Positions 47,801 through 62,200 of a DNA stretch of 64,000 bases are shown here, piece after piece. Made by a program: the position numbers and the translations under genes. Position 1 is the stretch's first letter. Each line of letters opens with the position of its first letter. The notes below the pieces were generated by a model. That model did not search any database, had not been told where the DNA came from, and was given only the letters and a program-made list of their open reading frames with translations. The stretch is from Massalongia carnosa (Eukaryota): the NCBI GenBank assembly GCA_965645245.1, contig OZ287075.1, forward strand, positions 496,001 through 560,000, given 5' to 3'.

Positions 47801-50800
47801 TTCAGGCATTGCTGCAACTCCAAGATAGGTTGCCAGAGTGGCCTGGGTATTGCGCGCAATTGGTGCAAATTCCGGGTCTTCAAAGGACGGAACCTTTTAC
47901 CAAGGCAACAGAGGTGTACGCAGGAAGTAGGCAGTTGATGGATAATGGAGAGGTAAATGGCGTAAATGGTTTGCCAGATGGTTTAGGAATGTCTAACGGA
48001 GATATCGATGACTTCTTGTCACCAGAAGCCTCTCAGTTCAGATCCATACATGCAGAGCCTGCGGTCCCTTCAGATCATTACGAGGATCCAGATGAGGAGA
48101 CGCAAGAGAAGGTCGTTTTCTTTTTCAACAATGTTTCAGAACAAAATCTTAACACTAAGCTTGGCCAGCTTCAAGAGGCGCTCGAAGATAAGCATCATCA
48201 ATGGTTCGCATACTTTCTTGTCGAGGAACGCGCAAGAGTTGAGCCGAATTATCAAGAGCTGTATCTGGACATGTTGAAACTTTTGGGTAATAAATCTCTG
48301 TGGAACGAAGTTCTTCGGGAAACGTATGTCAGCGTTCATAGGATAATGAATGCCGAGTCAACGATGAAATCCGCGGCCGAGCGAAAGAACTTGAAAAATC
48401 TAGCATCGTGGCTAGGGTCCTTGACGATCGCGCGTGATAAGCCAATTAAGCAAAAAAACATTTCCTTCAAGGATCTATTGATTGAAGGATTTGATTCGCA
48501 ACGCCTACTAATTGTCATTCCTTTCACCTGCAACGTTCTCATCCAAGCCTCCAAATCCGTCGTCTTTAAGCCACCCAATCCATGGACCATTGAGATCATC
48601 AGAGTTCTTTCCGAGCTCTATCACCACGCTGATATCAAACTCAATCAGAAGTTTGAGATTGAAGTGCTTTGCAAGGAGCTCAACATCACGCCTAGCACCT
48701 ATGATGTATCCTCGGAGATCCGTACCCGGCCACGCCAAGATGAGGATCTTTCCCTTACAATGATGCCGGACGGAATTGATAGTTTTGAGGATTTAACGTT
48801 AGGCGGTATGGGTAGAAATGTCCGCAACGCTAGATTCTCCCCAACCGTCCTCGCATCCTCGATACCTGACCTTGAAACAATGTTGGTATTTCCCCCATCA
48901 TCGGGTAGTGTCGCCAATCAAGCTCGGTTGCGACAGATTGTACAGACTGCAGTGCAGCGTGCTATCATGGAGATTATTGCGCCCGTAGTGGAACGGTCCG
49001 TTACCATTGCCACTATCGCTACCACGAATTTGATCCACAAGGATTTCGCTCGAGAGTCAGATGAGGATCGTGTGAGAAAATCCGCACAGCAAATGGTACG
49101 GCAACTTTCCGGGAGCTTGGCCTTGGTGACGTGTAAAGAACCTCTGAGGATGAGCATGACCAATAATATCCGCATGGCACAAGCAGAGCTTCCAGATCAA
49201 GCATTCCCTGAAGGGGCTATACTCATGTGCGTGAATGATAACTTGGATACCGCTTGCAGCATTGTTGAAAAGCAAGCGGAGGATCGATCGATGCCAGAGA
49301 TTGAGTCTCATATTGAGACTGAAATTGCGGCACGACGACAATACAATGCCGAGCATCCAAACGAGTCGTATCTTGACCCAGGCTATAATCGTTGGGCTAA
49401 TTGCATACCTGAGCCATATAAGTTGAGTGCAGGTGGACTCAATCCGGAGCAGATGGCTATATACCTTGATTTTGCTCGTCAATCTCGAGGACCGTCTAGC
49501 CACACTCAGACATCTTCGGCGGATACAGGTCGACAATTACCAGATGTGCTGCAGGAAGCTTTTGCACCTGTATCTAACATCCCTACAGCCGATCCCCCTC
49601 TTCAATCTTTTCAGCACCACGGCGGACGTATGCTGCCTCCACCGCTGCCAAGTTCATTATCTCAGCCCCAGGCGAATGGGTATTTGGACCCAAGGTCTAT
49701 TCAAGAGCGTCTGCAAGACCTTATCGCAAGCCTTGGCCGTCTATGCAAGGAGACGCCTGAGAGATACATGAAAGATTTGAGTCAGGATAGTCCCATAGCG
49801 GAAAATATTAATCAGATATGGGACCTTGCCGGTTCCTCGCCATCAAACATTGATTCGGTGGCTTGGGCCTGTGCGTATGCCATTTGCATCAATTTACATG
49901 CGGATTCTTTAAACCCTTTAGGAGTCGACGTAATGGTGCAGTTGTTGCACAAGCTGTGCCATCTGTCTCCGAGCACCCATAAGGAAGTCGTCCTTTGGTT
50001 TGTAAATCTGGATGATGAAAAGATGCTAAACGTTCCGGTTACAGTCGCTCTTCTTGAGGTGGCCTTAATTGAACTTAGACAGGTAGACGTAATGTTGACT
50101 AAGATTATTGAAGCTCGAAAGGAGATTGCGATTGATTTTATGTTTGAGATCATGGATGCTTTGCTGCTCAATAGCCATCCTATCGCCTTGAGAGCGGATT
50201 TTGCCAGCAGCCTAGGGGCCATGGGGGAGTGGTTGGTCGAGGAACCTAACTTAACAAAGGCCAAAGAGCTCATGCAACGCCTGAGGGACTGGGGAGTTCA
50301 TGAGCTTGTTGAGACTAGACCGGATGAACGAGCAATCATTCGACAACATCAACTGCAATACATCTTCACGGAATGGATCGCCATTTGCAACCAGCCCGTC
50401 CAACCCGGAAAGATGTTTGGCGCTTTTATCTCCCAACTACATCAAAAGCAGCTGCTCAATTCGCAAGAAGAAATGGCAGTCTTCCTCCGGCTTTGCATTG
50501 ATTCTGCCATTGAAAACCACGAAAGAGTAGAAATGAGCGCCAATGGAAGCACTCATGAAGGGTACTTTACCGTTGATTGCTTGGCCAAACTTGTAATTCT
50601 GCTGGTGAAGAACCAAGGTGAAGCCGACGGAGCGGTTCGGGGGAACAAGCCGGCATACATGGATTCCATACTGTCCCTCATTACCCTGATACTCAACAGC
50701 CACCATGTCATCCGTGGCGAGCGTTTCAACCAGAGAGTCTTTTTCCGCCTGTTTTCAACTATCCTTTGTGACTGGCATGATCTCGCTCGAGAGGGGTTTG

Positions 50801-51977
50801 CTCAAGATCGAGATATGATGTTGGTTTTTGCCGACAACTTCCTTTCGCTAGAGCCACGTTATTTCCCAGGCTTTACCTACAGCTGGCTAATTCTCGTATC
50901 TCATCGGATCTTCATGCCCGGCTTGTTGAAACTTGCGGATGACGAGGTAAGTTGATTCTTGGAGTGTAGGTCCTTGCTAACATCTTTAGGGATGGGAATC
51001 ATTTGCAAAGATTATGGAAGCAGCATTATCGTATATCAGTGAACTCCTCAAGCCAAATGTCGTTCCTGCTTTGGCCAAAGAACTTTATCGTGGGGTACTT
51101 CGAATATTGTTGATTCTCCACCATGACTTTCCCGAATTCCTTGCAGACAACCATTATCGCCTTTGCAACATCATTCCTACCCACTGCACCCAGCTTCGAA
51201 ATCTAGTTCTTAGCGCCTATCCTTCATCATTCCCAGAACTCCCGGATCCGTTCACTGCAGGATTGAAAGTGGATCGTTTGGAAGAGATTAGAAAAGCTCC
51301 GAGAATCGCCGGAGATACCACTGCTCCCCTTGTTCGGAGCCAGATGAAAGATTTGGTAGATGCCTCGCTAGAAAACGATATTTCAGATGAGAACATTACT
51401 AGGATTGCTGAAGCTGCACATAGTCCGGAGTCTGGGTATGGAATGGCTATTGACACCTCTTTACTTCACGCTCTTGTCCTGTACATTGGTGAGAGCGCGT
51501 TATCTAGTGCTGGTCAAAAAGGGGGGCCATCTTTTGTGAAGGATTCGCCTCAAGCTTCGTTCATGAGCAAGCTGGCCAAAGAGCTCCACCCAGAAGCTCG
51601 CTACTACTTCCTTAGCTCGATCGCCAACCAGCTTCGCTATCCCAACAGCCACACCCATTACTTTAGTTATGCTCTACTCCACCTCTTTGGTAATGATTTG
51701 GCCAATCAACAGGAGTCGGATGTACGCCAACAAATAACACGAGTATTGCTTGAGCGATTGATAGTGCATCGACCCCATCCATGGGGTTTGATCATTACTC
51801 TATTGGAGTTGCTCAAGAATCCTGCTTATATGTTTTGGGATCTTCCTTTTATCAAGGCTGCACCTGAAGTATGTCATCTCCCTTTAAGTACCACGTCAAC
51901 TAATGTGTCTGTAGATTGAAAAATTATTCGGAGTCCTGTTTCAACATATCAACCAAAGCCCCCGAGCCTTGACTTAA
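44835..51977 (+). CDS. NOT1: CCR4-NOT complex scaffold subunit Not1
   Basis: LATTAVLFGG, MYKFGLQAL, ERARVEPNY, LKNLASWLG, VFKPPNPWT, SLALVTCKEPLR, ANQLRYPNSHTHYF, ERLIVHRPHPWGL; introns near 45531, 45900, 50947 and 51869. Confidence 0.97.
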
Positions 51978-53066
51978 TCATAAGCACCCGAAATCTAAAA
52001 TTCTAAAAGGCTTTGCGACATCGAAAATGAGTCCCATGAACATAAGGGGGATGCAAAGGTATTTGAGCGGATCACCATTAGAGGCGTTTGTACGCATCAA
52101 ATTGACTTCAAGAGTCAATTCAGCACGGGGAACAAAGACAGGTGGGATCTCATTGTTTCTTTTTTTAAACTAATTTTTCAATTTATTCCTTCCTATGACT
52201 TTTCCACTCGCCCTAATGATTCCAATTTACAAAGGACGGAAATGGTGCAGGCGAGCGAACATGGATAGGATGGGAAGCTTAGCTAGCTTGCTCATATTTT
52301 GCTGTTTAAGCGTCCAACACGGAGTCATCCCTTTACCTCGTTTCTTTGACAAGCCGTGGTCAAGTCGGAGAATGAATAAGGATATCGGGATGAGCGGCTT
52401 TGAAAACGCAGGGCAGGACGGGTCTCGGTTTGGCTTGATTTACTTTCTTGACGCGAAAGACCTACCCATGTGTATTATAAGCCTGTTGCAAAACAGATAT
52501 GAAATGTGACGGGGTGTAGGATAGAAGTTCATTGCTTGTTCCTTGCTTGTTCCTTGCTTATTCGTCTTTCGCTACTCTTCAACTTACGTTGGGTATGCCT
52601 AGGAGTGATAGGATTTTGGTGAAGTCGACGTCATGACATATCAGGAGCATTGCGTTGTCCGCGGCTCTTCTGCCTATGCAAGGGATAATTATGAGATCGT
52701 GGAGTTCTATCGACATCCTCTATTAGTCTTGCCCTTAACTTTTTTAGTTATGCAACGTAAATAGATAGAGACAAGAATAGTGTGAAATAGACTATTATGC
52801 AATGTATTTTCTCAGCTTATGGGATTCTAGTATTCTACTTGGCCTTTTCCGAGGTACATAGTAAAACCTTGATCCTCACAGAAAGACGTTTGTTCTTTGA
52901 CAGACCCAACCAAAATCTAAATCGACATCATTCATTCACGAACTAGATGGCTTGGATACCCTGCTGAACGCCCGCAACTAGGTAGGATGCATCTTCCGTG
53001 TCCGGATCATCTTTCAAACCGAGAACGTTCACTCCCAAAGATCCAATCTTCACCCGTTATGTCTTG

Positions 53067-54468
53067 ATGGAAGGTTCAAAGAAGGCGCGTGCAGCAATTG
53101 AAAAGGCTGTGGTATATTCACTTTTAAAACTCCCAGCCAGTGTTGATGCTGAACCTCTCAGGACACCGCCTTTATCCCCCTTCATGCCGCGGTATCCAAA
53201 TCGGCGCAAAAGGCCTATTTGAGCACCTTTTTGTTTGTGACCACGAGCTTGTTTCTGTTTGGCATCTCCAGCATAGCCTACACGATTTTTTATTACAGTT
53301 ACGTACCTCAGATTGGCGTGGAGCGGGTCATTCATCTACAGTTTGGGCAAGACTTTTTGGAATGCCGAAGATGCTTTAATGAGTCGCTAATATGCATACA
53401 TTTAGAGATGCCAATCCACATGGCACGGTCTCCATCGCCTCCGCATTAACTTCGTTCCAAGCCTACGACATCTCCTTGTTCCTTCGGCTTCCTCGGACCC
53501 CTAGAAATCTTGCAGCGGGAAACTTTATGCTTGACCTATCTCTACTCCCCCCCAACGCCGCATCAGCTTCAGCTACAGTCCCATCCGCATTACAGTCCTC
53601 AAATCTAGAGGTTATTGCCCGGTCCAGACGCCCTGCAATCCTTACTTATGCATCCCCGATAATTCATGCCGCAAACACCATCAGCGGATTACCCTGGTAC
53701 GTCATGGGATGGAAGAAAGAGAGCGAAGTGCTGGAGGTAAGCATGTTTGAAGGTGTGGAGTTTATGAAGGGATGGAAGAATGTGCCTCAAAGCGTGCAAC
53801 TTATTATCGATGCGAATGAAAGGATGCAGTTTTACGAGGTGGAAGTCAAGATTGTGGCTAAGTTTGGAGGTCTGCGGTATGTTTGAACGTCTGTTGAATC
53901 AATTCTTGCGATGCTGATAAGCACTTCTAGATGGATTCTCCATCATCATCGGATTTTCTCCTATCTTTTTTTCACTGCCGCCTTCTGGAGCAGCTCCATG
54001 GCCTCTGCCCTTCTTGCCTGGCTCTTCCTCTCTTCTTACCTCTCCGAATCCTCCATTACCAGACCCAACGGCTCCCCCACGAAATCAGAGCCCTCAGACT
54101 CAGAACCCTTTGATCCTCTCTCCACCGAAGACTTTTCCGATACATCTCACTCCTTCCCAACCCTCGGCCGGCAAATGCCCATTCATTTTTCGCGGCGAGA
54201 CATCCAAGGTAAAATGACTAAGGATGAGATGGAAGAGGCAGTTGCTGTCAAGCGGGAGGAAGAAAAGGAGGCGGTAGCTAGAGCGGCAATGTATCCACCG
54301 GCGGTTGGTGAGGCTCTTGATGAGGATGAGGATGAGGATGGCGGAGAAGGGGCGGGGTGGAGGGATTCCGGTATGGGAACGAGTCTGGATGATGGGGAGA
54401 GGGGGGTTGTGCAGAGACGCAGGAGGGCGTTGTTTGGGGGAGGAAACAGGGGTGAAGGAGAATATTGA
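53067..54468 (+). CDS. Seipin (adipose-regulatory protein family)
   Basis: TM segment ..AY.IFYYSYVP; QAYDISL.L.LPRTPRNLAAGNFMLDL; SRRPAILTY; A.FGGLR|WIL.HHR..S; three introns. Confidence 0.9.
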
Positions 54469-54964
54469 TCTTGTAGTAGTCTATCTATCCTGCAGTAAAC
54501 ACATGATGCAACGTGACATCAAACGTAAATCCTTCTCAGCAGCGATTAATCCGCAGGCATGTTGCTAGGGAGAACCCACAAAGTTGAAACCCCCCAACCA
54601 AATTCTCCGTTATTGCTGGTCGAGATCTATCGAAGAGACGAGGACTATGAGGCGTTTATCCCCCTTTCCCTCCTCCTGAGACCTTCAGCTCCAACAAAGT
54701 CCCAATCTACAATACATCGCTCACCCTACAAGCAGCCCCTCGAGAAGACAATAAACTATTCAATCGTTCTATTCGACTATGGGGTATATATTTCTCCCTG
54801 AATAAAGCCCAAAAAGAAATAAGGAGACGCCCCTAATGTGTTTTCTCTTTCTCTATCTTAGGTTTATTTACTCGGCCGCTTATCTATAATCTCTGTGACG
54901 AGCTGAGTAACGGAACGAAGCTGCGTTCCTAAGCAATAAAAGGTGGGGAGATTTGGAGGAAGGG

Positions 54965-55824
54965 TTATTCGGCATCAACGAAGGAGCTGGCTAGGCCGCC
55001 GAAGAAGGGAATTTCGAAGCGGTCAAGTGTATCGGCTGTGGGGGGGGGGGGGTTATGCCGTTAACAAGGAGAGACGAAGAAATTAGGGGAGAAGAGGAAG
55101 GTAGGCAAGTAAAATAGAGGCGACGTATGCAAGATGAAGGGAAATGAAAAGATAATACCATCTTGATAAGCGCGCAGGGAAAGCAGGGCGATGAGGCCGA
55201 TATCGACGATGAAGATAAGCCAGGAGATGAAAGAGGACCAGGAGAATATAAGGTGGATCAGCTGGTTGAAGAGTTTTGTTAGCTTCTCGAAAACCTGTTT
55301 GGCGGAGGAAAAGGGACTGACGAAGAGAAGAGTGAAAAGTAGGCTGGATTGCCAGGCGTGAAATCTGGTTGCAGGATGTTTGTCAGATCTGCGTTGAACG
55401 GCCCGTCCACCTTTCCCTCCTCTATCCAAACCTACCGCACGTAATCGCTCTTGTGCTCCATGACCAGCAACAACACCCCTCCGGCCGGCGGCAGCAGCAA
55501 ATATGCCAACATGGCCTCGTAGTCCAAGCGCATGGGCAAACTCGTCTCGAACAAGTTCACGTTCAACCGGCCGGTCTCCACGTCCGCGCCGGCCCTCCCA
55601 TAGCGCACACGGGCGTCGTTCTCGTCATCATGGAAATGGCTCGGGGGAGGCAGGTTTGTCGAGGCCGTGAACGGAACCTTGTGGGGTGTAGGCTGCTGGG
55701 GTTGTCGGTGGTTCTGCGGCGGGGGAGATCTTGGATTCGGGGATCGAGAGGTGGAGCGCCGCGGAGGGGGGGAGAGTTCTCTGGTAGTTTCGGGGGCGGT
55801 GTCTTGATAAGGAGCAAAGTCAAT
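54965..55824 (-). CDS. Conserved small membrane protein (UPF0132/Tic20-like); expected start codon reads ATT
   Basis: FAPYQD..., FETSLPMRLDYEAMLAYLLLPPAGGVLLLVMEHKSDYV|RFHAWQSSLLF, AYQD|ADTLDRFEIPFFGGLASSFVDAE*. Confidence 0.75.
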
Positions 55825-56734
55825 GGTCGTCGTTGCTACTTTGATTTGACTACAAAATACAGCTGTGATAGGTGATGAGGATAGAGGCCCACGAGACGCT
55901 ATATCTATACAGCACTGAATTTATCATAGTACGGAGTATCCCGTCGTACTTAACCACCTAGTTACATAATTATCCGTAGTTTCAAGCTTGGTGGCATTAG
56001 GACGAGGAAGCGAGCTTAAGAGAGATTACCGCTATGCGAAATCTCATGTGTTTGATTGGTTTGCGATACTCTAGTTAAGGCAATCAGACTGCCAACTATC
56101 GACAACTCAGGACTCTCTCCTCCGTACGCTAATTTTGACCGTTGTGGTTAACGTGACGGATGTTGTGCTCTTGTCGTTGCCAAAAATCCTCTTACTACGG
56201 TGGAGAGATGTTCTCCTCGGTGTTAGCCTTGGGAGGCCTTAACCACCTAGTTCGGCGAGGTAGTCCCATGCTGTCACTAAGCCACAATGCCATGCTACAG
56301 ATCAACATCAATCTTGCGGAAGACGTTGGTGGTGAGAGAGAAGTAGACCGCCCGCATGACCTTATTCATTGGATACTCCTAGGAACTGCTGTCAGCATTC
56401 CTCCGTTGGACCGGTGAACTTGGTTAGCTTGGTGAGCTTTGCGCTATAGCGTGGTTACGGGTTTCACCAGAACTGTGCATGAAGTAGCTGCGATTGGTAG
56501 TTTCGATCTCGGTGTATGCTCTCATGGCGGATTGGAAAAGTCGAAGAAACAATGTCACTGTTACGGGCGGTTTCAATCCGATGAGTCATCCAGTCCTCAT
56601 GCCTGACCGGGGAATGGCTCATGTGTGCCAGCACTATAAGAGGAGGACCTACAACCTTTCTGCCTTCAAAACAACAAATTTCTAATATCAAACCAATAAC
56701 ACCTGTCCAGCTACGTGCCGGCATTCATTGACCC

Positions 56735-58768
56735 ATGTCGAACATACTCCGCGCTCTCTTCTCAAGTCACACCTCTAACGCAAAGGCTAAGCAGAATGAT
56801 GAGGAATCAGCCTCTCCAAATGAGAATAGCCCGCTGATTAACGCCAACGGATCCTCCACACCCTCAAAGGTCTTAAAGGCCAATGAACTCTCAACGAGCA
56901 GTTCCAAGGACAGCAAAGATGATGGAAACCAGAAAAAGTCCACAGAGGCAGGGGCAACAGATAAGGGTGGTTGGATCGGTTACGTACGGCGGTTCTCAAT
57001 CTTCCTCCCATACATCTGGCCCTCAAATAACCGTCTCCTTCAATTACGGCTCCTGGGCGTCGTCTTTTGCCTGATTATCATGCGAGTTTTCAAAGTCCTA
57101 GCGCCACGTCAGCTTGGAATTGTTTTCAGCTCATTAGATGCCTCTTTCAGTCATATCCCACTTCAGGAACTCGGTCTGTATCTACTTTACAACTGGATTG
57201 AATCCTCGGGCGTTTTAAACACGATCAAGGGCTACCTCTGGCTACCGGTGGAGCAAAATGCACACAAATCAGTCACCTTGGCAGCTTATGATCGTGTCAT
57301 GATGCTCTCGTGCGATTTTCATGATGAAAAAAAATCCGGAGAGCTTTTCAAATCTATCGAGCAGGGTCATTCCATCTACGGCCTATTCGAGACCATTTTA
57401 TTCCGATTACTGCCAATGGTCTTTGACCTCGCGGTGGCTTGCGTGTATTTGTCCTCACTCTTCGGCTGGTACATGATGTTGATCGTTGGTGCTGCAACGG
57501 CGGCGTATATTTGGGCAATCAAATATTTCACCGAAAAACAAGTAGATTGTGCACGCACCATGACCAAGACAACACGTGCAGAGAGTCAAGCGATGTACGA
57601 CACTGTAGGCTGTTGGGTTTCGGTTGCTTACTTCGATAATTTCGCTTACGAACGGAAACGATATTCTGGCGCTGTTGTACGAAACCTTGAGTCACAGTTC
57701 AGCCTGTACATGTTGCATTACCTGAGTGGTATCGTGAGTGACTCGGCCCTGGAAATTGGATTCGCCGGTGCATTTCTGCTCGCCATATACCAGATCTCGA
57801 ACGGGACCATAGAGAAAGGAAGCCTGGTGGTTTTGACAATGTATTGGGGAACCTTTACTGGTAAATTTCTTGCCTGATGCGGTAGACTCCGCTAATTGAA
57901 TACAGGCCCCTTGGCAATATTTGGCTATATTCAACGCAGCTTGCAGCAGAACTTGATCGAAGCGGAGCAACTGCTAGAGTTGCTGAAAAGAGAACCAACC
58001 GTCAAGGATGGCCCGGCAAAATTCGAGCTGACTCAAGGGGCTGTGAAGTTTAATGCCGTGAATTTCTCATATGACGGGACAAAGCCAACTCTCAAGGATC
58101 TCGAATTCTCTGTATCTCCCGGCCAGACGGTGGCATTGGTGGGAGAGACGGGAAGTGGGAAGTCGACGATTCTTAAGCTGCTCTTTCGGCTTTACGATGT
58201 TACGAGTGGTTCCATTAAGATTGACGGCCAAGATTTGCGAGGCGTGACCTTGGAAAGTTTACGTCAATTCATTGGCGTTGTTCCGCAGGATCCTGTGTTG
58301 TTTAATGATACGATAATGAACAACGTGCGGTATGCCCGACTCGACGCCACCGATGCCGAGGTTGTTGAGGCTTGTACAGCAGCGGCAATCCATTTTAAAA
58401 TATCAACCTTTACCAATGGATACGAGTCTTTAGTCGGTGAGAATGGGGTGAAGCTTTCGGGCGGCGAGATTCAGAGAGTCGCCATCGCTCGCGCTATTCT
58501 CAAGGATCCCAAGATTATTCTATTAGACGAAGCAACTAGCGCCGTCGATTCTCAGACAGAATCCCAAATTCAAACGGCGCTTCGGCGACTGACCCACGGA
58601 CGGACGACCTTTGTCGTTGCGCATCGGCTATCAACGGTCATCGATGCGGATCTTATGCTTGTTATTCAAGATGGCAGTATCGAGGAACAAGGTCCTCCCA
58701 AAGAGCTGTTGAAGTCCAAGGGTGAATTTCATAACCTTTGGTCAATGCAGAATATTGCAGCCGAGTGA
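56735..58768 (+). CDS. Half-size ABC transporter, HMT1/ABCB6 family
   Basis: FLPYIWP, LSCDFH..K.SGE, Walker A GETGSGKST, GVVPQD, LSGGE.QR, LLDEATSAVD, VAHRLST; intron about 57861-57906. Confidence 0.9.
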
Positions 58769-59176
58769 TTCGGAATGATTCGAAATGTTTGTATGATAGA
58801 CTCAAGGTGCACCCTGCTTAATCATTATATTATGTAGGCTTGGCAGAAATACTTTAAAGCCTCGACAAGCGATTTTACCAAGAAACTGGTAAAGCGACTC
58901 ACAAGGCGCCGGAGGAGGGTCTGGTCGATGAGTGAGTTATTATTGATACTGTTGACCTAGACGCTATTTTATGTCAGCTTCATGAAAACTTTGGCAAAAC
59001 CGTCGGCCTCGAATATCATATGACTGGCGGCCCCGACTGATGTGCTGCTTCAGCCGAACCTCGGCATCTATAGATTTTTGCCCGCTTCATATACAAATAC
59101 TGCCTCTCGTCTTACCCTTTTCTAGTCAGTATACTCTTGCGTTGACTGGCTGGTTTTTCTACCTGAGTTTGTCACT

Positions 59177-61380
59177 ATGGCTCCTCAAGTTATTGTTGTT
59201 GGTGGGGGATGTAAGAGCCCCCACCCATACAATGTTGCCTGTCTATCCTGGACTGATGATGAAGATAGTATCCGGCCTGAGTGCAGCACATACCATTTAC
59301 CTAGCCGGGGGCAATGTCATCCTTCTTGACAAGAACAGTAAGTCCTGAGGCTTGCTATCGACGATGCAAAGTAACCCCGAGGTTAGATTTCTTTGACGGC
59401 AATTCAACAAAGGCAACATCAGGAATCAATAAGGCCCTTACACGGACACAAGTCGATGAGAAGATTGGGGACAGCGTGAAGCAGTTCTACGACGATACTC
59501 TCAAATCAGCTAGAGACAAAGCCCGCCCGAATCTGATCAAAGTCCTAACATACAAGTCTGCCGCGGCGATGGAATGGCTGCAGGATGTATTCAACTTAGA
59601 TCTGACCCTTGTTTCTCGATTAGGGTGAGCAACTCTGAGCTGACTGCAGTTCCATTGCTAACAAATTCCAGTGGGCACTCCCAACCACGAACTCACCGCG
59701 GGCATGATGCAAAGTTCCCCGGAATGGCTATCACCTATGCGTTGATGCAGCGGTTGAAAGAGCTTGTGAAAAGCGACCCCGAGCGTGTGCAAATAATCAA
59801 GAAAGCTCGAGTAACGTCGGTGAACAAAGAGGAAAACAGGGTCACAGGGGTCTCATACGAGTATGACGGTGAACAGTGCTCGATTGATGGTGTTGTGGTC
59901 TTAGCTACTGGAGGCTATGCTGCAGATTTCACGAAGACCTCGTTACTCAAGAAGCACCGGCCAGATACTTATGATCTGGTGAGCACAAACGGCACACACG
60001 CTACCGAAGACGACTTAAAGATGTTAATGGCCATTGATGAACAAGGCATCGACCTGAATAAAGTTCAGGTACATCCTACTGAGTTGATCGATCCCAAAGA
60101 CCCTGACTCGAAGTGAAAGTTCCTAGCCGCTGAAGGTACATATCCAAGAGGAGTTTGTTGAGGGAGTAATTCTGGCTAATTGTATCATAGCGTTACGCGG
60201 CGAAGGTGGATTGTTACTGAATGAAAAGAGTCAAAGATTCGCAGATGAGCTCGGTCACCGAGACTATGTTACTGAAGAAATGTGGAAGGAAAAGGAGACA
60301 AAGAAATGGCTCATTCGTCTTGTTCTTAACTCTAAGGCCTCGAACGTTCTCGATTTTAATACTCGCCATTATTCCGGATGAGGTCTAATGAAGAAAATGA
60401 GCGGCAAGGAGTTGGCCAAGAAGATAGGATGTTCTGAGGACGCCCTCCAGAAGACGTTTGTGGATTACAATGATATCGCAGACGGCAAGAAGAAGGACCC
60501 TCTCGGCAAGAAGTTCTTCCATAACTTACCGTTTGATATTAACGATAGCTTCCATGTGGCTGTAATGGAGCCCGTCTTGCATTTCACCATGGGTGACATT
60601 AAGATCAACGACAAAGCTGAAGTGTTGAATGCCGACGGCGCTCCGTTTGAGGGTTTGTATGCTTGTGGCGAGCTCGCCGGCGGTGTGCATGGAGCGAATA
60701 GGTTAGGCGGATCCTCATTGCTCGGTTGTGTTGTCTATGGCCGCGTTGCCGGCGATTCTGCCAGTCAACACCTCTTCCAAAAAGTCCTTGCTGGCGGCGT
60801 ATTCATCGCTGCGCAGCGCTTAGGCCAAATATTCCTCCACATTGACCCCGCAACCCCGGGCAAGATCTTCGTGGAGTGGGGCAATGCCGCTTCTGCTTCC
60901 TCAATCTCGGGCGGAACCAAACAGGATCAGCAAAGCCAGCAGTCCGTCGCGCCCGTCATGAAAGGCTTCAACGCGGATAGCAAGGATCCGGGCAAAGTAT
61001 CAAAATCGACGGATCCAGCGGCGTTCAAGATCCCGGAGAAGGAATACTCGATGGAGGAAGTGGCCAAGCACAACAAGAAAGACGATCTATAGATCGTGGT
61101 CAAGGGCGTCGTTCTAGATGTCACGAATTGGCTGGACGAGCATCCTGGAGGGCCGTAGGCGTTGTTCTCGCATATGGGGAAGGATGCCAGTGAGGGTGAG
61201 TTAGAATGTTTCGTTTCCGCACCGTCTTGATTACTCTCACTGCCTACCGCCGCAGCTAACTTTTCTTCCTTTCGTTTCGCAGAATTTGAGATGCTGCATG
61301 ACGACGAGGTCATCCCCAAGTACGCGGCCAACATCGTTATAGGCCGCGTGCAAGGCCAAACCCCGAGCCTGAACATCTAG
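59177..61380 (+). pseudogene. OSM1: Soluble fumarate reductase (OSM1/FRD1 family) with C-terminal cytochrome b5 domain; inactivated
   Basis: VIVVGGG, NSTKATSGIN, VVLATGGYAADF, ACGELAGGVHGANRLGGSSL, EHPGG; stops at 60114, 60379, 61090 and 61156. Confidence 0.92.
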
Positions 61381-61788
61381 AGTATCAGAGTCCCGTAGGT
61401 GACCGTGCTGCGGGCAAGTTTGGTTAGGACCGGGGTTAAATGCGGTGGGGTTGGGTTGGGTTAGATTGGCGTGGACGTTTTGATGGTTGTAACTCGGGGC
61501 GTTACGTGGGACTAGGTTGGGTGGTTGCTTTGGACGTTTCAGTAGCACGGTTTTACCCTACACGGGCCCCATTCATGAAGCGTTTGCTGTGCGGCTGAGA
61601 CCCGCCTGATATGGCTTCCGGACCCGCGTTTGTTTCCTATGTGCGCTATATTTCGTCCCTGCAAGCCCGAGCAACTTAGGTAACTCTTGTACCGTCCATC
61701 GTAAGCTTTCCCCCCCTCCTCTCCCTATCACAGCCATCTTCCGATCAACCACCCCTCCCATCTGCTTCCTTCTTTCCCTCCCTCCTCC

Positions 61789-61831
61789 ATTCCATCCATC
61801 CATCCACCCATCCACCCATCCACCCATCCAT
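61789..61831. repeat. CCAT/CCAC microsatellite
   Basis: Directly visible. Confidence 0.8.
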
Positions 61832-62129
61832 GTATGTCACCTATCTACCGCAGCCAGATCATCTCCATCAACCGCTAGACCGGGATATATTTGGAGGGGT
61901 TGTTTTTCTAGTTAAGCTGAGAGAGTGGGAGAGCGGGGATAAACCCAGGCTCTGAAGGGAACCGGAGGAGGAGGAATGGAAATGCCGCCTCCTCCTCCGT
62001 CTTCCTCTTGCTAGAGGTGGGAAGAAGGGGGGAGGGAAGAGATTTGAACGCGGGAGAGGAAGGAAGGGGGGGGAAAAGAATGGCTGAAAAGTCGGCCTTT
62101 TTTTCGGGGGCGCTGGGTTTCTGTAGGGT

Positions 62130-62200
62130 CTTCTTCTGCTTCTTCTTCTTCTTCTTCTTCTTCTTCATCGTCGAGCCCCCCCCCCCCCCCCTCTCTCTCT
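62130..62200. repeat. (CTT)n, poly-C and (CT)n low-complexity tract
   Basis: Directly visible. Confidence 0.8.

Noticed and set aside
56160..56724. Possible N-terminal extension of the ABC transporter or a HET-domain remnant
   Set aside because: No convincing motif or splice path could be established by eye.
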